From Nannocystis bainbridge (GTDB lineage: Bacteria; Myxococcota_A; Polyangia; Nannocystales; Nannocystaceae), in NCBI RefSeq assembly GCF_028368995.1, contig NZ_JAQNDL010000001.1:192001-256000 (forward strand): a stretch of DNA of 64,000 bases. Reading direction: 5' to 3'. The notes below the pieces were generated by a model that was not told where the DNA came from, searched no databases, and saw only the letters and a list, made by a program, of their open reading frames with translations. A program made the position numbers and the translations under genes. Positions 39,734 to 50,132 of the stretch are shown here, in pieces. Within the stretch, counting starts at the first letter, position 1; each line of letters begins with the position of its first letter.

Positions 39734-41875
39734 TCAGCGCGGGTCGGCGGCGCAGCGGAAGCCGATGCCGTGGGTGTGGGCGTCGGCGTCGTTGGGGAAC
39801 CGCAGCGCCGGGTCGGAGTGCTCGGGCTCGGAGCTGTTGAAGGCGCCGCCGCGGATCACCCGGTTGTTGCCCGGCATCGGCGGGGCCGGCTCGCCCTCGG
39901 TGGTCGGGTAGCGCTCGAAGCGGTCGGCCGTCCACTCGAACACGTTGCCGACGAGGTCGAACAGGCCGTTCTCGGTCTTGCCGCCGGGGAAGCTGCCGAC
40001 CGGCGCGGTGCCGACGAACTTGTCGTCGGCGGCGTACATCGGCTCGACCGGCGGCAGGCCCTTCTGCTTGCGCCACGCGACGCACTCGGTGCCGCAGGCG
40101 TTGAGGTGCTCGGGGCTGGGGGCGCCGTCGCCCCACGGGAACACGCGGCCGTCGGAGCCGCGGGCGGCGAACTCGAACTCGGCCTCGCTCGGCAGGCGCC
40201 CGCCGTGAACGCGGCAGTACTCGTCGGCCTGGGCCCAGGTGATGCAGTTGATCGGGTGCTGCTTGCGCTCCTCGACGCCGGCGTTGCACAGGGTCGTGTA
40301 GGCGGCCTTGGCCTTGTCCCAGTCGGCCCGCTTGCTCGAGCCCTGCGGCCAGAAGCTGTCGCGGTAGGCCCGCTTGCACTCGCCCTTGTCCGAGCAGGTC
40401 TCGTACTTCTCGGTCGTGACCTCGTAGACGTCGATGCAGAACGGCCGGATCTCGACCTTGTGCAGCGGCCGCGCCAGCGCCAGCACCGGCTTCTCCGACT
40501 CGGTGCCCATGAAGAAATTCTTGCCGGTGACGAACACCATGCCCTCGGGGCACGAGGTCGGCGGCTTGGGCGGCTCGACCTTGACCTCGGGCTTGGGCGC
40601 GTCGACCACCTTGGTCTCGGCGGGCGGCGGCTCGGGCGGTTTTTCGGCCTCGCCCCCGCCGCGCGTGGCGATGAACACGGCGGCGCCGATGGCCACGAGG
40701 GCGCCGACGACCGCCGCGATCGCGCCGATGGCCATCGGCTTGACGGTGGGCGCGGGCGGGGTGACGACGGTGGAAGGGACCGGCGGCGAGACCGGGGTCG
40801 GCGGGGCCGACATCGTCATCACCGGCTGCTGCGCCAGCAGCTCGCCCGAGCCCCGGGTCTTGAGCGGGCCGCCTTGACCGTCGGGCACCACGGTCTGACC
40901 GATGGTGGTCTCGGCGGCCTGGATCGCCGGGTACTCCTTGAGCTCGAGCGCGGCGGCGAGGCCGGTCCAGAACTCGCCCATGTTGGCGTAGCGGTCGACG
41001 ACCTTGACCGCGAGCGCCTTTTGGAACACGGCCTCGACGGCGTCGGAGGTGGTGATGCCGAAGGTCCGCGGGGTCGGGCGCCGCTGGGTGTTCTGGGTCG
41101 CGAACGCGAACTGGATGAACTGCTCGCCCTCGAGCGCCGGCAGGCCGCCGCGCATGATCTCGACCAGCACGAGCGCCATTTGATAGACGTCGGTCCACGG
41201 GCCGGTGGCGCCGTAGCTGCGGTCGAACTGCTCGGGCGCGCCGTAGGTCGGGGTGAAGCTCGAGATCTGGGTGCCGGTGGCCTGCATCGCCGTGCGGGCC
41301 TGGCTCTGCATGACCTTGGCGATGCCGAAGTCGAGGACCTTGATGACGACGCCCGGGGCCAGCGCGTCGCCGAGGACGAAGAAGTTGGCCGGCTTGATGT
41401 CGCGATGAGCGACGCCGCGGCCGTGGGCCAGCGCGAGCGCGCGGGCGCAGCCGTCCATGAGGTTGAAGGTCTCGAGCGCGCTGCGCTCGGGCGAGCGCGG
41501 CGTGCCTGTGTCGTGGCCGATCCACGCCTCGAGCGGGCGACCGTCGAGCCACTCGAGCACCATGTACGGCAGCCACACGCCGTTCGGGGTGGTGAGCGTG
41601 CCGATGTCGCGGGCCTGGACGATGCCGGTGGTCCGGCTCGACAGCGCGGTCAGCAGCTTGCCCTCGCGGACGAACGCCTCGAGCAGCTCCTCGCGCATCT
41701 CGACCGGGGCGTTCGACAGCGCGGTGAAGCACTTGACGGCCACCGGCTCGTCCCAGATCCGATGGTTGGCCCGGTAGACGATGCCGAAGCCGCCCTCCCC
41801 GACCACGCGCTCGATGGAATACTTGTCGGCGACGAGGGTGCCGACGAGCCCGAATCGGTCCACCGCCTCAGCCAT
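39734..41875 (-). CDS. Ser/Thr protein kinase with TM and C-terminal FGE-sulfatase (SUMF1-like) domain
   Basis: GEGGFGIVY, VAVK, HRDIKPAN, DFG, YGAPEQ; RLPSEAEFEFAAR, DLVGNVFEW, GFRCA. Confidence 0.93.
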   Translation of the reverse strand: MAEAVDRFGLVGTLVADKYSIERVVGEGGFGIVYRANHRIWDEPVAVKCFTALSNAPVEMREELLEAFVREGKLLTALSSRTTGIVQARDIGTLTTPNGVWLPYMVLEWLDGRPLEAWIGHDTGTPRSPERSALETFNLMDGCARALALAHGRGVAHRDIKPANFFVLGDALAPGVVIKVLDFGIAKVMQSQARTAMQATGTQISSFTPTYGAPEQFDRSYGATGPWTDVYQMALVLVEIMRGGLPALEGEQFIQFAFATQNTQRRPTPRTFGITTSDAVEAVFQKALAVKVVDRYANMGEFWTGLAAALELKEYPAIQAAETTIGQTVVPDGQGGPLKTRGSGELLAQQPVMTMSAPPTPVSPPVPSTVVTPPAPTVKPMAIGAIAAVVGALVAIGAAVFIATRGGGEAEKPPEPPPAETKVVDAPKPEVKVEPPKPPTSCPEGMVFVTGKNFFMGTESEKPVLALARPLHKVEIRPFCIDVYEVTTEKYETCSDKGECKRAYRDSFWPQGSSKRADWDKAKAAYTTLCNAGVEERKQHPINCITWAQADEYCRVHGGRLPSEAEFEFAARGSDGRVFPWGDGAPSPEHLNACGTECVAWRKQKGLPPVEPMYAADDKFVGTAPVGSFPGGKTENGLFDLVGNVFEWTADRFERYPTTEGEPAPPMPGNNRVIRGGAFNSSEPEHSDPALRFPNDADAHTHGIGFRCAADPR

Positions 41876-42040
41876 GGTGGCTCTCTTTACGGGCAGCGGT
41901 ACGGTCTGGATCGAGCGCAGGCATGTGCATGATCAGCGGCGCGATTGTACGCCAGCGTCGCGCGGCGCGCACCGCGGCGGTTGTCGCGGCAGCCTGCCCT
42001 TTTTTTGCCCTCCGCCGCCCGGACTCGTAGGGTCCGGCCA

Positions 42041-44236
42041 ATGTCCGCCCGTCCGTCGCTGTTCGTCTGCACCGCCCTGCTCGCGGCCCTGCTCGCGCCT
42101 CCGGCCTCCGCCAGCACTGCCACGACGGCGACGCGCGGTTCCGCACAACCGGCCGCGAAGGCCTCGCCGAGCCCACAGCGGCCGGCGCAGGCCCGGCCAG
42201 CGACGACGACCGCGACCCCGGCCAGGCCGGCCGCGGCGGCGTCGGCTGGCCGTCAGGACATGGTGAAAAAGCCAGGTGACCCGCCGACCGCGGCGCATGT
42301 GCGATCGGGCACGGCGGCGCCGGCGAACGGGACGACGAAGCCACGGGCCGATGCGGTCGACGGACGCGGACCGGCGACCAGCAAGGGCACCCGCACGAGC
42401 ACGGGCGCGGCGGGCCAGCGCGCCACGAGCACCGGACCGGCGACCCAGCGCGACGCGAGCACCGGACCGGCGAGCAAGCAGACCGCCGCGACCGCCAGCC
42501 GCGACGCCGGCCAGCGCACCGCGAGCGGCGGAACTGCGGGCAAGCAGGCCGTCATGACCGACAGCCGCGACCCGGGCCAGCGCACCACGAGCGCCGCGAA
42601 CAACCGCGCCGGCGTGATCGACGGCCGCGACGCGGCGGCGCTGCGCGAGCTGTACCGTCGCAAGCCAGTCCGCGGGGATCGGCAGGCCGAGACCCGCACG
42701 GCGGCGCGTCCGGCCCAGGGCGAGACCGCGATCCGCGGGGCGGCGCCGAGCGATCGGGCGGCCGAGACGACGGCTGCCCGCCCGGCGCGGGGCGAGCTCC
42801 ACGGCGCGACGAGCGAGGTGGAGCGCAAGAAGATCGACGCGAGCGCGCCCGGTCGACCGACCCCGGCCGTGGTCACGCGCGAGCCGATCTCCCCGGCGCC
42901 AGCGCCGGAGCCCGAGTCGGTGGTGGCCGCGAAGGCTGACTCTTCGGACATGGTCCAAAAGACCGGTTCGAAGAAGTCGCGGCGCAAGGCCGCCCAGGCC
43001 GAGGACGAGCTGCTGGCAGAAGCGTCCGGTCCGCGGCCGACGGCGGGCAGCAGCTGCGCGGCCGGCCTCGGCGCCGCGCCGGCGCTGCAGTTCGACCGCA
43101 CGCGGGCGTCGCTGCGCGAGTTCTCGTGGGCCGACATGGCCTACTTCTTCGAGACCGCGGCCGACGAGGCGGAGCCCCAGTCGCGCCAGGTCAGCGGCGC
43201 GGGCGTGCTGGCGACCGACGAGGCGATCCGGCGCTCGGGCCTGCCGCGGCGGCCGCTCGAGGCGGTGGCCCAGGCGCAGGCGGTCGACCTGCTGACCGAG
43301 CGCGAGCTGGTGCGCATCGACAAGGCGCTCGCCGGGGCCAGCCCGGCCGCGCTGGGGACGCTGCTGCGCGCCGACTCGCCGACCCTGCGCGCGCACGTGT
43401 GGACGTGGCTGGCGACCACGCCGGCCGGCGCGTGCGCGCTGGTCAAGCTCGACGGCCGCGAGGTCGAGGCGGCCATCCACGACCGCAGCGTGGCGGTCGA
43501 GCACGGCGAAGATCTGGTGTTCCGCCCGCTCGGCGACTACGCGCTGGCGGCTCGCTCGCGCCTGGCCGCGGCCGACCCACAGGCCTACGATCAGCTGCTG
43601 CGGACGCTGGCGGTCGACGCGGGGCTCGACCCGCGGGTGCGCGCGACGGTGGCCGGGCTGCGGGTGCGACGGGGCCACGCCGACTCGATCGAGGCCGGCC
43701 TGCGCGACCCGGTGGCGGCGATCCGCGGGGCGACCGCGGCCGCGGCGATCGACCGCGACCGCCCGCGCTACGAGGGCCGGGTGCTCGACCACGCGGCCGA
43801 CGATCCGGCCGATCTGGTGACCGAGCTGATCGTCGGCGAGCTGCTCGGCGGACCCGACGGCAAGCCGCAGGGCGAGCTCGCGCAGCGCCGCGACGAGCGG
43901 GTGATGGCGGCGCTGGCCCGCTGGAAGGGCCGCGGCGATCCGATGTCGCCCCTGCCCGTGCCGTCGCAGCCGCTGCGGTTCCAGGCGCCCAACAAGAAGA
44001 TGGAGTCCGCGCCCGCCCCCGCCCCGGCGCCGATGATCGCGGCGACGCCGGTCGAGCCCGCGGTGGTGCCCGAGGCGCCCGCGCCCGCGCAGGCCAGGCC
44101 CGCCGCCGAAGAGTCGATCGAGGCCCCGCGCCCGCTGGCGCACACGCCGACCCGCCGCGAGCCCGAGCCGGCGGCGAGCGGCCCGCAGCTGCCGAGCGTG
44201 CTCGACGACCCGACCGGGACGTCGCTGCGGCCCTGA
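42041..44236 (+). CDS. Secreted hypothetical protein with low-complexity N-terminus and helical-repeat C-terminus
   Basis: Signal peptide; Ala/Thr/Pro-rich repeats; HEAT-like LRDPVAAIRGATA. Confidence 0.65.
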   Translation: MSARPSLFVCTALLAALLAPPASASTATTATRGSAQPAAKASPSPQRPAQARPATTTATPARPAAAASAGRQDMVKKPGDPPTAAHVRSGTAAPANGTTKPRADAVDGRGPATSKGTRTSTGAAGQRATSTGPATQRDASTGPASKQTAATASRDAGQRTASGGTAGKQAVMTDSRDPGQRTTSAANNRAGVIDGRDAAALRELYRRKPVRGDRQAETRTAARPAQGETAIRGAAPSDRAAETTAARPARGELHGATSEVERKKIDASAPGRPTPAVVTREPISPAPAPEPESVVAAKADSSDMVQKTGSKKSRRKAAQAEDELLAEASGPRPTAGSSCAAGLGAAPALQFDRTRASLREFSWADMAYFFETAADEAEPQSRQVSGAGVLATDEAIRRSGLPRRPLEAVAQAQAVDLLTERELVRIDKALAGASPAALGTLLRADSPTLRAHVWTWLATTPAGACALVKLDGREVEAAIHDRSVAVEHGEDLVFRPLGDYALAARSRLAAADPQAYDQLLRTLAVDAGLDPRVRATVAGLRVRRGHADSIEAGLRDPVAAIRGATAAAAIDRDRPRYEGRVLDHAADDPADLVTELIVGELLGGPDGKPQGELAQRRDERVMAALARWKGRGDPMSPLPVPSQPLRFQAPNKKMESAPAPAPAPMIAATPVEPAVVPEAPAPAQARPAAEESIEAPRPLAHTPTRREPEPAASGPQLPSVLDDPTGTSLRP

Positions 44237-44326
44237 GTGTCCCCTGAGACATGTCGAAAAGGCCATGCTCTTCGGAGCATGGCCTTTTTTACATGTCGTA
44301 TCGGACATGCCCCCGAAGACATGTCC
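44236..44326. repeat. 14-bp periodic palindromic array between convergent genes
   Basis: CATG exactly 14 bp apart at 44250, 44264, 44278, 44292, 44306, 44320. Confidence 0.92.
44257..44290. terminator. Bidirectional intrinsic terminator embedded in the array
   Basis: AAAA-GGCCATGCTC-TTCG-GAGCATGGCC-TTTTTT: perfect stem, C(UUCG)G loop. Confidence 0.8.
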
Positions 44327-44337
44327 CTCTCGCCGCC

Positions 44338-47300
44338 TCAGAAGCTGCGGGCGATCAGGGCCCGAAAGTAGTTGACGTCGCCGCGCCCGGCGAAGCCGTG
44401 GGCGTAGGTGAAGAACAGGTCGATGGTCTCGCGGTAGCCGATGCGGAAGCTGAACACGAGCGACATGCCGAGGCTCCAGCGCAGCGCGTCGCGGCTGAGG
44501 CGTTCGGTCCAGGCCATGCCGACGTCGGCGAACGGGATCGTCGTCAGGCGGCGCAGGTACAGCGGCAGCGAGCTCATGCCGCGCTCGACGTCGACCAGCG
44601 GGATCCGGTACTCGCTGTTGAGCACCGCGTAGTAGTCGCCGGGCAGCGAGCGCCAGGCGAAGCCGCGCAGGAAGCCGGCCTCGCCGAACGCCTCGCGGCG
44701 GAGGAACGACTGGATGACGTCGGGCTGGTCGCGCAGGCCGCCGAGGCGGAACCCGCCGAGGCGCCCGAGGCCGCCCGCCGAGGCCCCGCCGCCGATCCGC
44801 AGCGCCAGCACCTGGTGGCCGCGCCACGGCATCCGGATCCGCTCGGTGTAGGCGGCGCCGACCTGGATGTCGCCGTACTGGCCGCCCAGGTGCGGATCGA
44901 CGACCGACAGGCGCACGCTCGCGGCCCGCCCGGTCTCCTCCTGGTAGCCGTGGCGGACGCTGCGGAGGTTGCTGTAGCGCAGCTCGAGGTCGACGCGGCC
45001 GAGGTCGCCGGCGGCCGGCGGGGTGGTCGCGGGGGCGTTGGGGTCGAGCCGCTCGCGGTCGCGGTCGAGGTCGCGGAAGCGGGTGAACACGTAGTCGAGG
45101 CTGGCGCTGGCGTTGTGGATCGCGTGGCGCACGATGGGCACGTCGATGCCGGCGCGCACCGACGTCTGGCGCTCGCGGTAGCCCTTCTGCGCGTAGGGCT
45201 GGAAGCTGCCGTCGGCCGAGATGTTGTCGTAGCTGTAGCGCTGGGTGCTGTCGTGGATGCGGAAGTCGCGGCGGAATCCGAAGCGGAAGGTCGGCACCAG
45301 GCGGGCGAAGGTGTACTCGACCGAGCCGGTCGGCTGCTGGTGATCGACGAACTGGCGGAACACGCCGGTGAGGCGGTGGTAGCCGACGACGTCGGCGATC
45401 TCGAGCTTGGCCCCGAGCTCCAGGCCCTGGCCGGCGCCGCCGAAGTCGAGCGAGGCCGGGGCGATGGCCCGCGGGAACATGGTGCGGATCGGCTTGTAGC
45501 GGCTGCTGCGGGCGCTGGCCGGGCGCCCGCGATCCTCGGGCAACGGCGGGTCGGGCTCGTCGGCCACGGGCAGGTCGTCGACCGTCGGCAGCGGCTCGAG
45601 GAAGTTCGAGGGGTCGAACTTCATGACCCACAGGTCGTAGCCGGTCGAGCTCGCGCCGATGTAGGCGATCCGCGTGCCGTCGTGGCTGACGACCGGGTCA
45701 AAGGCGGCGCCGAGCACGTTGGTGACCTGGTGGGTGCGGCCGGTAGCGAGGTCGATCGCGTAGACGTTGAGGACGTGGTCGCGGTCGGACGTGAAGAGCA
45801 GCCAGCGACCGTCGGGCGAGTACGCGGGGGTGGTGTCGATCCAGCGGTCGGCGGTCACCCGCGTGTGCGTGCCGGCCTCGCGGTCGTAGACGTAGAGGTC
45901 GCGATAACCGCCGGCGCGGTGCATCGAGTAGGCGACCTTGCGCCCGTCGGGCGACCAGCGCGGGGTGTAGACCTGCTGCGTGCGCTCGACCGGCGCGACC
46001 TCGGTGACCTCGCGGGTGTGCAGGTCGAGGAAGGCCAGGCGCGACTGGGCGACGTCGTTGCGCACGAACACGACAGTGCGGCCGTCGGGCGCGACCTGGG
46101 CGTCGCGGGCGCGCAGACCGAAGGTCAGCTGCTCGGTGTCGGCCGGGCCCTGGCGGGCGTTCGGGGCCCCGGGCTGGCCGTGCCACAGGTAGAGGTCGTT
46201 CCAGGCGTAGCGCAGGTCGTGCAGCGACCATTGCTCGAAGACGATGTCCTTGCCGCCAGGGAGGAACGACCCGGAGGTCGCGCCCTGGACCTCGACGACG
46301 CGCTCGATGTCGGTGCTCTGGCCCTGGCGGCCGACGCCGACGCCCTCGCGGATCCGTCCGCCGCGGCTCGAGATCCGGCGGATGCCCGGGTTCGAGTGGC
46401 CGTCGTCGTCGTAGAAATAGATCATGCGGTCGTCGGCCGACCAGAAGGGCCGCCGCGTGAACGCGTTGCTGGCCTCCGACGCGACGGTGAAGGTGAGCCG
46501 CCGGCCCTCGCGGATGCCCCGGCCGCGGATCGCCCGCGCCTGGGCCTCGAAGCGGCGGGTCATGTGGAGCTCGAACTCCTTCCACAGCTGCTCGAACGTG
46601 ACGCCGAGGACCTTGGAGACGGCGCGGTGGATCCCGTACGGCACCGCCTGGCCGCCGTAGGTGTGGCTGAGCTCGCGCAGCTTGTCGTGGCCGTAGCGGG
46701 TGCCGATGTAGTCGACGAGGTGGAGGCCGTAGAGGTAGACGGTCGTGACGTTGGGGAAGATGGTGCCGGGCGAGGAGACGCGATCGATCGGCTGGAAGCC
46801 GTGCTCGAGCACGTGCATGCGCATCATGGTGTCGAACTGGGCCGAGCGGTGGCGGCCCTGCGAGGACAGGCGCGACTCCTCGTAGGTCGCCAGGCCCTCG
46901 ATGAACCACCGCGGCTGGGCGCCGTTGGGCGGCCACACCTTGCCGAGCACGCCGAAGCCGAGCAGCGCGTTGACCAGCCGCGGGACGCCGTGGATGGTGT
47001 CGATGTGGACGATGTGCGTGTACTCGTGGGTGAGCAGCACGTCGAGCCAGTCGTCGTAGCTCTCGAGCACCGACATCGACTCGGGCGCGGTGACGTTGGC
47101 GTTGACATGCGCGTACGGGACGACCGAGGCGCTGCCGTTGGCGGAGTCGGTGTCGTCGGTGAGGACCACCTGGGTGCGCAGGTACGGGCTGTGTCCGAGG
47201 TCGGGGGCGAGCCGCGAGTGGGCCCGCTCCATCGTCGCCGCCGCGCGCTCGGCCGCGACCTCGCTACCCTGGTAGTAGTGAATGACGAAATGCTCGGTCT

Positions 47301-47418
47301 CGAGGGTACGCCACCGCTGATCGCGGGTGCCCGCCGTCGCGACCGGGGCGAATAACGTGAGCAGCAACAGGCACCCCAACGCGAACCATCGCGCGCGGCC
47401 GGGGCGTGACGCAGACAC
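44338..47418 (-). CDS. Outer-membrane protein: gluzincin-like peptidase domain, TolB-like beta-propeller, Omp85-like barrel
   Basis: THEYTH..WFIEGLA; PRWSPDG and PAYSPDG repeats; SEYRIPL; terminal Phe. Confidence 0.8.
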   Translation of the reverse strand: MSASRPGRARWFALGCLLLLTLFAPVATAGTRDQRWRTLETEHFVIHYYQGSEVAAERAAATMERAHSRLAPDLGHSPYLRTQVVLTDDTDSANGSASVVPYAHVNANVTAPESMSVLESYDDWLDVLLTHEYTHIVHIDTIHGVPRLVNALLGFGVLGKVWPPNGAQPRWFIEGLATYEESRLSSQGRHRSAQFDTMMRMHVLEHGFQPIDRVSSPGTIFPNVTTVYLYGLHLVDYIGTRYGHDKLRELSHTYGGQAVPYGIHRAVSKVLGVTFEQLWKEFELHMTRRFEAQARAIRGRGIREGRRLTFTVASEASNAFTRRPFWSADDRMIYFYDDDGHSNPGIRRISSRGGRIREGVGVGRQGQSTDIERVVEVQGATSGSFLPGGKDIVFEQWSLHDLRYAWNDLYLWHGQPGAPNARQGPADTEQLTFGLRARDAQVAPDGRTVVFVRNDVAQSRLAFLDLHTREVTEVAPVERTQQVYTPRWSPDGRKVAYSMHRAGGYRDLYVYDREAGTHTRVTADRWIDTTPAYSPDGRWLLFTSDRDHVLNVYAIDLATGRTHQVTNVLGAAFDPVVSHDGTRIAYIGASSTGYDLWVMKFDPSNFLEPLPTVDDLPVADEPDPPLPEDRGRPASARSSRYKPIRTMFPRAIAPASLDFGGAGQGLELGAKLEIADVVGYHRLTGVFRQFVDHQQPTGSVEYTFARLVPTFRFGFRRDFRIHDSTQRYSYDNISADGSFQPYAQKGYRERQTSVRAGIDVPIVRHAIHNASASLDYVFTRFRDLDRDRERLDPNAPATTPPAAGDLGRVDLELRYSNLRSVRHGYQEETGRAASVRLSVVDPHLGGQYGDIQVGAAYTERIRMPWRGHQVLALRIGGGASAGGLGRLGGFRLGGLRDQPDVIQSFLRREAFGEAGFLRGFAWRSLPGDYYAVLNSEYRIPLVDVERGMSSLPLYLRRLTTIPFADVGMAWTERLSRDALRWSLGMSLVFSFRIGYRETIDLFFTYAHGFAGRGDVNYFRALIARSF

Positions 47419-47430
47419 CCTCGAAGGATA

Positions 47431-48288
47431 TCAGGCCGACGCGCCGAGGTGCCCACGGACCAGCGTCGTGAGCGCCGCGGGCCGCTCCTCGGCGACGGCG
47501 TGGCCGCAGCCGTCGACCCACTCCAGGGCGGCGCCGCCGATGGCGTCGCGCAGGCGCTCGGCGTGGTCGCGCGGGACGATGGCGTCGCGCTCACCCCAGA
47601 TGACGAGCGTGTCACACGTGAGCGCCTTGAGCCGCGGCAACATCGCCGCCATGCGCCCGTCGTTGGCCAGCTGGGTCAACATCGCGTAGGCCGCCTCGCG
47701 CCCGCCGGTGCGCGCGAGCCGGTCCCAGTAGAGGTCGAGGTCGTCGTCGCCGAGCAGGCGCGGGTCGGCCAGCGCGCGCGCGAGGTAGTGGGCCAGAGCT
47801 GGCCTTCGGTACAGGTTCTTGAAGACATACGGGCCGAGCCCGGGCACGAGCGCCAGGCGACCCTCGAGCGGCAGCGGCATGGCGAAGCAGGTGGCGTCGA
47901 CGAGGACGAGGCGGCGCACCCGCTCGGGCGCGGCGTCGGCCAGGCAGACCGCGATCGCGCCGCCCCAGCTGTGGCCGAGCACGTCGACCTGGTCGAGGCC
48001 GAGGTGGTCGAGCAGCGCCAGGAGCACGCGCGCCATCCAGGTCGGGCTGTAGTCGGCGCAGTGCACCGGCGGCGGACGATCGCTGTCGCCGGCGCCGGGC
48101 AGGTCGGGGATCAGCAGGCGACGCGAGGTCGCCAGCTCGGGGACCAGGGCCCGGAACGCGTAGCCGTAGACCATGAGGCCGTGGATCAGCAGCAGCGGCG
48201 GGCCGGCGCCCGGACCGTCGGGGCCGAGGTCGCGGAGGTAAAGGCGGCCGAAGTCGAGCGAGACCAGCCGCGAGCGGTCGGAGATCAC
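47431..48288 (-). CDS. Alpha/beta hydrolase
   Basis: LLIHGL, PDLPGAGDS, GHSWGG, WGERD, GCGH. Confidence 0.9.
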   Translation of the reverse strand: MISDRSRLVSLDFGRLYLRDLGPDGPGAGPPLLLIHGLMVYGYAFRALVPELATSRRLLIPDLPGAGDSDRPPPVHCADYSPTWMARVLLALLDHLGLDQVDVLGHSWGGAIAVCLADAAPERVRRLVLVDATCFAMPLPLEGRLALVPGLGPYVFKNLYRRPALAHYLARALADPRLLGDDDLDLYWDRLARTGGREAAYAMLTQLANDGRMAAMLPRLKALTCDTLVIWGERDAIVPRDHAERLRDAIGGAALEWVDGCGHAVAEERPAALTTLVRGHLGASA

Positions 48289-48308
48289 GGGCCGATAGCC
48301 CGGGGCCC

Positions 48309-50132
48309 TCACGGCCCGCCCTCCCCCTCGCTGCAGCCGTGACGCAGGTGCTCGGGGAAGCGGGCGCGCATGGTCGCCAGCACCAGCTCGTCGGCCTCGC
48401 TGGCGGAGTCGACCTTGAGCACGCGCTGGGCCAGCGCCTTCATGTCGTCGGTCTTCGACGAGCGGATGATGTGCTTGATGACGGGGATGGCGCTCGGGTG
48501 CATCGACAGCTCGGCGACGCCGAGGCCGAGCAGGACCCATGTGTAGCGCGGGTCGGCGGCCATCTCGCCGCACAGGCTGACCGGCACGTTGTTGCGCGCG
48601 CCGGCCTCGGCGACCTCCTTGATGAGGCGGAGGATCGCCGGGTGCATCGGCTGGTAGAGGTACGAGACGGCCTCGTTCTCGCGGTCGATCGCCAGCGTGT
48701 ACTGGATGAGGTCGTTGGTGCCGATGCTGAGGAAATCGACGCGGCTGGCGAAGTGCTCGGCCGTCAGCGCGGCGGCCGGGGTCTCGATCATGACGCCGAT
48801 GTCGATGTCGTCGGCGTGCGCGACCCCGGCGGTGGCCAGCTGATCGCGGGCCTCCTCGATCGCGTCGAGGCCAGCGCCGAGCTCGTCGACGCCGCCGACC
48901 AGCGGCAACATGATCGCCAGCGGCCCGTGCACGCCGGCGCGCAAGAAGCCGCGCAGCTGGGAGAGGAACATGTCGCGCTCGCGCAAGGCGAGCCGCAGCG
49001 AGCGCATGCCCATCGCCGGGTTGCGCTCGTCCTCCATCTCGAGGAGCTTGGTCGGCTTGTCGGCGCCGAGGTCGAAGGTGCGAAACACCACCGTGTACGG
49101 GGCGCACCGCCGCAGGACGTGCTTCGCCATGCGGTAGTGCTCCTCCTCGCTCGGGAGGGTGTCGCGGTTCATGAACATGTACTCGCTGCGGTAGAGGCCG
49201 ACGCCCTCGGCGCCGTGGCGCAGGGCGAGGTCGAGCTCCTCCGAGATGGCGATGTTGGCCCGCACGCGCACGTGCAGGCCGTCGATCGAGACCGCCGGGA
49301 AGGCGTGCTCCTTGCGGATCTTCTGCTCGAAGGCGAGGTGGCGGTCGCGCTCGGCCTGAAAGTGGGCGACCTCCTCGGGGGTCGGCCGGACGATGATGCG
49401 CCCGCGCACCGCGTCGACGACGATGAGGTCGCCGGCGTCGACCGCCGCCAGCACGTCGTCGACGCCGACGACCGCGGGGATCTGCAGCGAGCGCGCCATG
49501 ATGGCGCTGTGCGAGGTCTTGCCGCCGACGCCGGTCACGAGGCCGGCGACCTGGCAGCGGTGCATGCGGGCAGTGTCGGCGGGGCTCAGGTCCTGGGCGA
49601 CCACCACCGAACCGGCCGGCGGATCGATCTCATCGCCGTGCTCGCCGAGCAGCGCCTGCAGGACGTTCTCGATCAGGTAGGTGAGGTCGCTGCCGCGCTC
49701 GCGGATGTAGTTGTCGTCGGCGTGGCCGAGGACCTCGAGGATCTGGTCGGTGACGGTGGTGAGCGCCCACTCGGCGTTGGCCAGGTCCTCGCGGATCAGC
49801 GTCTCGGTGCGCTGGATCAGGTCCGGGTCGCGCAGGATCATCTGCTGCGCCTTCAGGATCTGGCGGTGCTCGCCGTGCGGGAGCTTGCTCTTGACGACCT
49901 CGATCTGCTGCCGACACGCGCGCAGGGCCTCGTGCAGGCGCTCGATCTCGGATTCGACCCGGTCGCGGTCGATGTGGGTGTGGAGGACGTGGACGCGCCG
50001 ACGGTCGACGACATAAGCCGGCCCGATGCCGACCCCGGGGCTGGCGGCGGCGCCGTCGATCTCGCGGCGCAGGCCGACATCGACCTGGCGAAACAGGCCC
50101 GAGAAAGCGGCGCTCTCCGCTCCGTCGTTCAC
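48309..50132 (-). CDS. ptsI: PTS enzyme I (PEP-protein phosphotransferase)
   Basis: GGKTSHSAIMAR, GVGLYRSE, RTFDLGADK, MIETP, SIGTNDL, CGEMA. Confidence 0.96.
   Translation of the reverse strand: MNDGAESAAFSGLFRQVDVGLRREIDGAAASPGVGIGPAYVVDRRRVHVLHTHIDRDRVESEIERLHEALRACRQQIEVVKSKLPHGEHRQILKAQQMILRDPDLIQRTETLIREDLANAEWALTTVTDQILEVLGHADDNYIRERGSDLTYLIENVLQALLGEHGDEIDPPAGSVVVAQDLSPADTARMHRCQVAGLVTGVGGKTSHSAIMARSLQIPAVVGVDDVLAAVDAGDLIVVDAVRGRIIVRPTPEEVAHFQAERDRHLAFEQKIRKEHAFPAVSIDGLHVRVRANIAISEELDLALRHGAEGVGLYRSEYMFMNRDTLPSEEEHYRMAKHVLRRCAPYTVVFRTFDLGADKPTKLLEMEDERNPAMGMRSLRLALRERDMFLSQLRGFLRAGVHGPLAIMLPLVGGVDELGAGLDAIEEARDQLATAGVAHADDIDIGVMIETPAAALTAEHFASRVDFLSIGTNDLIQYTLAIDRENEAVSYLYQPMHPAILRLIKEVAEAGARNNVPVSLCGEMAADPRYTWVLLGLGVAELSMHPSAIPVIKHIIRSSKTDDMKALAQRVLKVDSASEADELVLATMRARFPEHLRHGCSEGEGGP

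Noticed and set aside
42370-42600. Degenerate tandem repeats in the secreted protein gene
   Set aside because: Ordinary low-complexity linker coding repeats, not a mobile or regulatory element.
41933-47355. Very long antisense/alternative-frame ORFs (e.g. 41933-45631, 44251-47355; also 21236-24013, 37287-39659)
   Set aside because: Shadow ORFs caused by high GC3 and scarce stop codons; they overlap well-supported genes and have no motifs.
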